Shown here one piece after another: positions 35,281-40,044 of a stretch of 40,044 bases of DNA (positions within the stretch are counted from its first letter, which is position 1; each line of letters starts with the position of its first letter). The position numbers and the translations under genes were made by a program. The notes beneath the pieces were generated by a model. The model was not told the DNA's origin and made no database searches. It was given only the letters and a program-made list of their open reading frames with translations. Source of the stretch: Spirochaetales bacterium (GTDB lineage Bacteria; Spirochaetota; Spirochaetia; JABEVK01); contig DAIDJJ010000005.1 of NCBI GenBank assembly GCA_027451385.1, positions 1 to 40,044 on the forward strand, written 5' to 3'.

Positions 35281-36440
35281 ACTGCCCTCGCCGCCAGCTC
35301 TTTGGCCAGCTTATTTAAGACGGCCGCAGTTTCAGACAAGCCAACAATCTTTTCCACATGACCCAGTTCTATGGCGACGCGGGGCATACCAAACACCACA
35401 CTAGATGCTTCATCTTGGGCCAAGGTTAAACCACCAGCTCGGTGAATTTCACCCAGTTCAGCTGCACCATCCCGTCCCATCCCCGTCATGATTAAACCCA
35501 TGGCTTGAGACCCAAAATGACGAGCTACAGAGCGGAACAGCACTCCGGCAGAAGGGCGGTGACCATTGCACAGGTCCTGTTGCTGAAGGTGAGCAACGGT
35601 GGCTAGGCTTTTTCGTTCCACCTCAAGATGGAAATCACCGGGAGCGATCAAGATCCGCCCCTTGCGAACCAGGTCCCCTTCTTGGGCTTCTTTTACTTCT
35701 AATGGACAAATTTTATCTAAGGAACGGGCAAATTCTGCCGTAAACCCTGCCGGCATATGCTGAACTACAACAATCGGCAAAGGAAAATCCGCTTCCAACG
35801 CGGCAAAGACCGTTCGCAAGGCATTCGGCCCCCCCGTAGAGATGCCAATAGCCAGGATATGCAAATCGGAATGGGGACGCATGACAGGTGGAAGAACTGG
35901 TGGTCGACTTTCGGGACGATGCTCACGCGAAGGTTCTGGCTTCACTTCACGAGGCTCTGACCGCACCTCTAAACGTCCTTCAAAACGAACTTCGGGCCGC
36001 ACGTCTGAGCGAGTCAGCCCCTTGCTTCGCTGATAACGCCCCCCATAGACCCGGATCAGCTCAATCAAGTGATCTCCGACCAAATGAATATCTTCACTCA
36101 CCGAGCCAGACGGTTTCTTGATAAAGTCAGAAGCGCCCAGATTGAGGGCTTCCATGGTAATTTCAGCCCCGCGACGGGCAATCGAGGATAAAATGATCAC
36201 CGGGACATCCCATTTCAACTCTCGACGTTTCTTTAAAAATTCAATGCCGTTCATTTCTGGCATTTCTAAATCGAGGATGATGATGTCGGGATTTAGAGAT
36301 GGAATCTTCTGAAGAGCAAAGGAGCCATTCATGGCCTTCCCCGCCACAGCTAAGTCAGGGGCACTCTCGACGATACGGCCAATTAGGTTCCGCATCAAGG
36401 CAGAGTCATCCACAATTAAAACGTCAATTTTCCCATTCAT
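35277..36440 (-). CDS. cheB: Chemotaxis protein-glutamate methylesterase
   Basis: Receiver VDDSALMR, DLEMP.MNG; GISTGGP, QHMP, HRPS, MTGMG.DG, VFGMP; ATG at 36440 follows an RBS. Confidence 0.96.
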   Translation of the reverse strand: MNGKIDVLIVDDSALMRNLIGRIVESAPDLAVAGKAMNGSFALQKIPSLNPDIIILDLEMPEMNGIEFLKKRRELKWDVPVIILSSIARRGAEITMEALNLGASDFIKKPSGSVSEDIHLVGDHLIELIRVYGGRYQRSKGLTRSDVRPEVRFEGRLEVRSEPREVKPEPSREHRPESRPPVLPPVMRPHSDLHILAIGISTGGPNALRTVFAALEADFPLPIVVVQHMPAGFTAEFARSLDKICPLEVKEAQEGDLVRKGRILIAPGDFHLEVERKSLATVAHLQQQDLCNGHRPSAGVLFRSVARHFGSQAMGLIMTGMGRDGAAELGEIHRAGGLTLAQDEASSVVFGMPRVAIELGHVEKIVGLSETAAVLNKLAKELAARAV

Positions 36441-36456
36441 GCCCGCTTCCTCTACC

Positions 36457-37284
36457 TTAGGACTCAAGAATCTTAGAATACAGCACAGACCAATCTGTCT
36501 TAAGGAACTTGAACGCGGTGTTCATTCCAAACAATGACTCACTATGACCAATAAAAAAGTAGGCGTGATTGGTCATGGATTGCCAAAATCTTTCCACAAC
36601 ATTTTTTTGCGCTGCTTCATCAAAGTAGATCAATACATTGCGACAAAAAACAATATCCAAATTTCTTTGTCCGGAATCAAACTTGAGGTTATGATAGTCA
36701 AACTTGATTCTCGCCTTTAATTCTTCTTTAATTTGGTACCCATCCGCACTTTTTGAAAAGAACCGCGTCAGGTATGGCGCAGGGATCCCTTGAAGTTTCG
36801 ACTCGGGGTAAAAGCCCTGTTGAGCTGTCATCAAGGATTTTAAACTCAAATCAGAAGCCACGATATCAAAGGAAAAGTCTGGTGGCAATTTGTCTTTTAG
36901 AACCATGGCCAAGGAGTAAGGTTCTTCACCGGTAGAGCAACCGGCACTCCATACACGAACTTTGTGTTCGAGGTTCTTTTTTCGTTTGAATTGGACTAAA
37001 TCTGGCAAAATAGCTTTTTCTAAGGCATCAAACTGCGGCTGATTTCGAAAAAATCGCGTTAAGTTTGTTGTGACCGCGTCCAAAAAAGCCTTCATCTCCT
37101 CAGGACTTCTTTGGAGGAGGTCGAAATAGGCCCCTGCATTTTCCAATTTCGCCAAACGGACCCGTTCTCGAAGTCGACTCTCTAATATAGGGCGGTTAGA
37201 GGCAGAGAAAGTGATCCCGCTAGCATCGTAGATGAGGTTACGGTATTTCTCAAATAAACTGTCCGTCACGACGTCAGACATCAC
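36457..37284 (-). CDS. cheR: Chemotaxis protein methyltransferase
   Basis: TTNLTRFFRN, WSAGCSTGEEPYS, FCRNVLIYFD, IGHSESL. Confidence 0.96.
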   Translation of the reverse strand: MMSDVVTDSLFEKYRNLIYDASGITFSASNRPILESRLRERVRLAKLENAGAYFDLLQRSPEEMKAFLDAVTTNLTRFFRNQPQFDALEKAILPDLVQFKRKKNLEHKVRVWSAGCSTGEEPYSLAMVLKDKLPPDFSFDIVASDLSLKSLMTAQQGFYPESKLQGIPAPYLTRFFSKSADGYQIKEELKARIKFDYHNLKFDSGQRNLDIVFCRNVLIYFDEAAQKNVVERFWQSMTNHAYFFIGHSESLFGMNTAFKFLKTDWSVLYSKILES

Positions 37285-37302
37285 ATCCCTTTCTTATTCT
37301 AG

Positions 37303-37331
37303 AGTCTAGGTGTCAACTTACACCGAGTCAA
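37303..37331 (-). promoter_or_regulatory. Promoter of cheR-cheB
   Basis: TTGACT-N17-TAGACT; GGTGT-N6-ACACC inverted repeat in the spacer (37309-37324). Confidence 0.55.
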
Positions 37332-37389
37332 GAAAAAGCGGAACGGAAAAAACTCTGAACGTGCGTTAGACTTTCCTTGAGGGGAAAAA

Positions 37390-37812
37390 ATGACGGTTCC
37401 AGAGTTTGTCGATCTGAGCCTGACAGCGTTAGCCTGGAGTGAAGCTGACCAGGTATCGTATGCAGAGCTGATAAGTCCTGACCAAAAGAAACTTTATGTG
37501 GATTTAGACACCTTAGATGCAGTCGAACTGCTTCGTCTGGCAAAACATACCCCAGGCAATGACCGTGTTTTTCAAGTTCTTGTCGACCTTTTACTCACCA
37601 ACGGTTACGTTCCCGAGGCTCTTTTTCTCTCCATTTCACCCCGGGGGGAACTGACTTGTCGGCTTCTGTATCAAAAGAAAAACCTCCCAGGCTTTCTTGA
37701 ACTACGCCCTGGCGACGGTTTAGTCCTTGCCGTTCTGATGAACCTTCCCGTTCGTGCCCACACTTCACTTTTGATGTCCTTTGTTGACAGGGATCGGACG
37801 ACTGTGGGATAA
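37390..37812 (+). CDS. Bifunctional nuclease (DUF151)-like protein, divergent
   Basis: C-terminal RPGDGLVLAV...LPV resembles the RPSDA.ALA motif. Confidence 0.55.
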   Translation: MTVPEFVDLSLTALAWSEADQVSYAELISPDQKKLYVDLDTLDAVELLRLAKHTPGNDRVFQVLVDLLLTNGYVPEALFLSISPRGELTCRLLYQKKNLPGFLELRPGDGLVLAVLMNLPVRAHTSLLMSFVDRDRTTVG

Positions 37813-37821
37813 TAAAATCCC

Positions 37822-39423
37822 ATGAAGAAATACATTTTCGTCACGGGTGGCGTCTGCTCAAGCTTAGGAAAAGGCATTGCGGCGGCGTCGTTAGGTACGC
37901 TTTTGGAAAGCCGCGGCTATCGGGTCGCAATGATCAAAATTGATCCTTATTTAAATGTGGACGCTGGCACCATGAGCCCTTACCAACATGGTGAAGTATA
38001 CGTCACAGATGATGGGGCCGAAACCGACCTTGACCTGGGCAATTATGCTCGGTTCACCAAATCCCCTCTCAGCAAAGCCAACTCCATCACCACAGGGCAA
38101 ATCTACCAAACCGTTATCAATAAAGAACGAGAAGGCCGGTATTTGGGTCGTACGGTCCAGGTCATTCCCCATATTACCGACGAAATCAAAGCCCAAATCG
38201 TCCGAATGGGCAGTTTACCCGACATCGATATCACAATTGTCGAAGTCGGTGGCACCGTGGGGGATATTGAATCCATTCCCTTTCTGGAAACTGCACGCCA
38301 ATGTATCCATGAATTCGGACGCGAAAATGTACTTTCTGTTCACCTAACCTTGGTCCCCGCTGTATCCGGTGACGAACTCAAAACCAAACCCACCCAACAT
38401 TCCGTCAAAGAGTTACGAGAAATCGGCATTCAACCCGACGTTCTCCTCTGCCGTGCCAAAAGAGAACTCGAGGAGTCCATGCGACGAAAAATCGCCAGCT
38501 TCACCAATGTGAGCTTCGATTCGGTTCTTTCGGCCATGGATGTCAATACCACGATTTACGAGATTCCCCTGATTTATCATAAGCAAAAGCTGGATGAGAT
38601 TGTCCTTCGCAAGTTGGGAATGGAACTCCGCGAAGCCGAACTTGAAAACTGGCGCTCCATGGTCGAAGGCTACAAAAATGCCGAAAAGACGGTGACCATC
38701 GCTATGGTTGGTAAGTATATCGACTTGCACGACACCTACAAATCCGTCGATGAGTCGCTGGTACATGCCGCGATGGGCAACCGCGTCAAGGTGAAAATAG
38801 TTCGTATCGATGCGGAAAAGCTTGAGAAAGGCTCGGTACCGGATGAGGTCTTTGCCGGCGTCGACGGCATTCTCATTCCCGGAGGCTTCGGCGAACGCGG
38901 AATTGAAGGCATGATTATTGCGGCACGGTACGCCCGTGAAAACCGCATTCCCTATTTGGGAATATGTCTGGGAATGCAGATCATGGTGATTGAGTTTGCT
39001 CGGCATGTTTTAGGCTTAGAGGGAGCAAACTCAACAGAATTCAATGAAAAGACTCCTCATCCTGTGGTTAGCTTGCTGGAAGAGCAAGAGGGAGTCACCA
39101 AGCTCGGCGGTACTATGCGGTTAGGGCGAAGTGCTACCCACACCCAGCCAGAAACGTTCATTCGTTCTGCCTACGGTCAGGAAGTTGTCTGGGAACGCCA
39201 CCGGCACCGGTATGAGTTTTCTAACTCGTACCGTCACAGTCTTACCCAGGCCGGTTTAAAGATTTCAGGTTTTACCCCAGACGGCACCTTGGTTGAATCG
39301 GTGGAATGGCCAGGACAACCCTGGAACACTGGGGTCCAATTTCATCCCGAGTTTACCTCCAGTCCGACGAGCCCCCAACCTTTATTCCGTGCTTTTATTG
39401 AGGCGGCGGCTCAACACGGCTAA
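37822..39423 (+). CDS. pyrG: CTP synthase
   Basis: KYIFVTGGV.SSLGKG, DPYLNVDAGTMSP, KTKPTQHSV, PGGFG.RG, GICLGMQ, QFHPE. Confidence 0.98.
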   Translation: MKKYIFVTGGVCSSLGKGIAAASLGTLLESRGYRVAMIKIDPYLNVDAGTMSPYQHGEVYVTDDGAETDLDLGNYARFTKSPLSKANSITTGQIYQTVINKEREGRYLGRTVQVIPHITDEIKAQIVRMGSLPDIDITIVEVGGTVGDIESIPFLETARQCIHEFGRENVLSVHLTLVPAVSGDELKTKPTQHSVKELREIGIQPDVLLCRAKRELEESMRRKIASFTNVSFDSVLSAMDVNTTIYEIPLIYHKQKLDEIVLRKLGMELREAELENWRSMVEGYKNAEKTVTIAMVGKYIDLHDTYKSVDESLVHAAMGNRVKVKIVRIDAEKLEKGSVPDEVFAGVDGILIPGGFGERGIEGMIIAARYARENRIPYLGICLGMQIMVIEFARHVLGLEGANSTEFNEKTPHPVVSLLEEQEGVTKLGGTMRLGRSATHTQPETFIRSAYGQEVVWERHRHRYEFSNSYRHSLTQAGLKISGFTPDGTLVESVEWPGQPWNTGVQFHPEFTSSPTSPQPLFRAFIEAAAQHG

Positions 39424-39426
39424 CGT

Positions 39427-40044
39427 ATGCTCAGGGTAGTGGTCTGCATGGGATTTTTTTTGTTGGCCTCTTGTTCCTTCAAGTATGAAGATTGGGGGGT
39501 TAAGGACCCCAATCAAATCCCGCAGACCGTAATGACCAACTTTGTCGAGAAGAACATCAAGGACGGCAAAGTTCAGTACGAGTTTCAGGGGCAGAAAATC
39601 GAGACCTACGATGCCCTTAAAGAATGGCGGTTGAAGGATGTGAGCTTTCAACAGTATGATGATACTGGCAAGCTCTCCAGCAAGGGAACGGTCGCCGAGG
39701 CACTGATTCATACAGACACTCACGATGCGGTCATGAAAGGACAGGTGGATCTTTGGTCCGCCAGCCAATCCGCCTCGGTGAGTACGTCGAATGTCAGTTG
39801 GACACAAAATCTAAAAACCTTGCAGGTTGCGCCCGATGCTGCCGTTGTTCTCAAGAAAGACGACGGCTCCTCACTCAGCGGGCTGGGGCTTCTTCTCGAT
39901 TTTCGGGACAATGAATTGAAACTTCAAGGACCTATCGTTGGTCTATGGAAGACGGAAGCAAAAGATGATACGAATCCGACCGTTTCGCCGGCTCCTAGCC
40001 CTACGCCACTACCTACTCCTGTGGGGTCTGTTCACCCTGTGCCT
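39427..40044 (+). CDS. lptC: LptC-like LPS export periplasmic lipoprotein (runs off the window end)
   Basis: Open frame MLRVVVCMGFFLLAS-CSFKY..., beta-rich body, DGSSLSGLG, Pro/Thr-rich tail; directly after pyrG; not in the ORF track because no stop is reached. Confidence 0.65.
   Translation, partial: MLRVVVCMGFFLLASCSFKYEDWGVKDPNQIPQTVMTNFVEKNIKDGKVQYEFQGQKIETYDALKEWRLKDVSFQQYDDTGKLSSKGTVAEALIHTDTHDAVMKGQVDLWSASQSASVSTSNVSWTQNLKTLQVAPDAAVVLKKDDGSSLSGLGLLLDFRDNELKLQGPIVGLWKTEAKDDTNPTVSPAPSPTPLPTPVGSVHPVP

Noticed and set aside
283-39911. Many short antisense or alternate-frame ORFs in the track (e.g. 7557-8027, 23635-24081, 25785-26279, 38413-39006)
   Set aside because: They overlap well-supported genes and lack recognisable motifs

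Overview
Bacterial chromosomal segment. The cheR-cheB, ymdB, hsp20, tRNA-Leu, pyrG-lptC neighbourhood and lipoprotein style suggest a spirochaete (inference). From left to right: a trp operon (trpE end, trpGD fusion, an inserted DinB-family gene, trpCF fusion, trpB, trpA); an ABC-2 exporter; a membrane GGDEF-hemerythrin protein; a TetR-TolC-EmrA-EmrB efflux operon with a visible operator; gnd; ppk2; a NirB-NirD fused nitrite reductase; a GH149-like beta-1,3-glucan phosphorylase divergent from a LacI regulator; and several small accessory genes. About 29.1-33.65 kb, just downstream of tRNA-Leu(CAG), is a decayed accessory island. It holds two intact toxin-antitoxin pairs, two modules with a broken toxin and intact antitoxin, a higA remnant, an Ig-domain lipoprotein, a 23-bp-period TCATGA array, and two colinear fragments of a group II intron RNA without any RT. 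A ROSE-like three-hairpin 5' UTR precedes hsp20. Family calls come from recognising motifs by eye; no database search was run.
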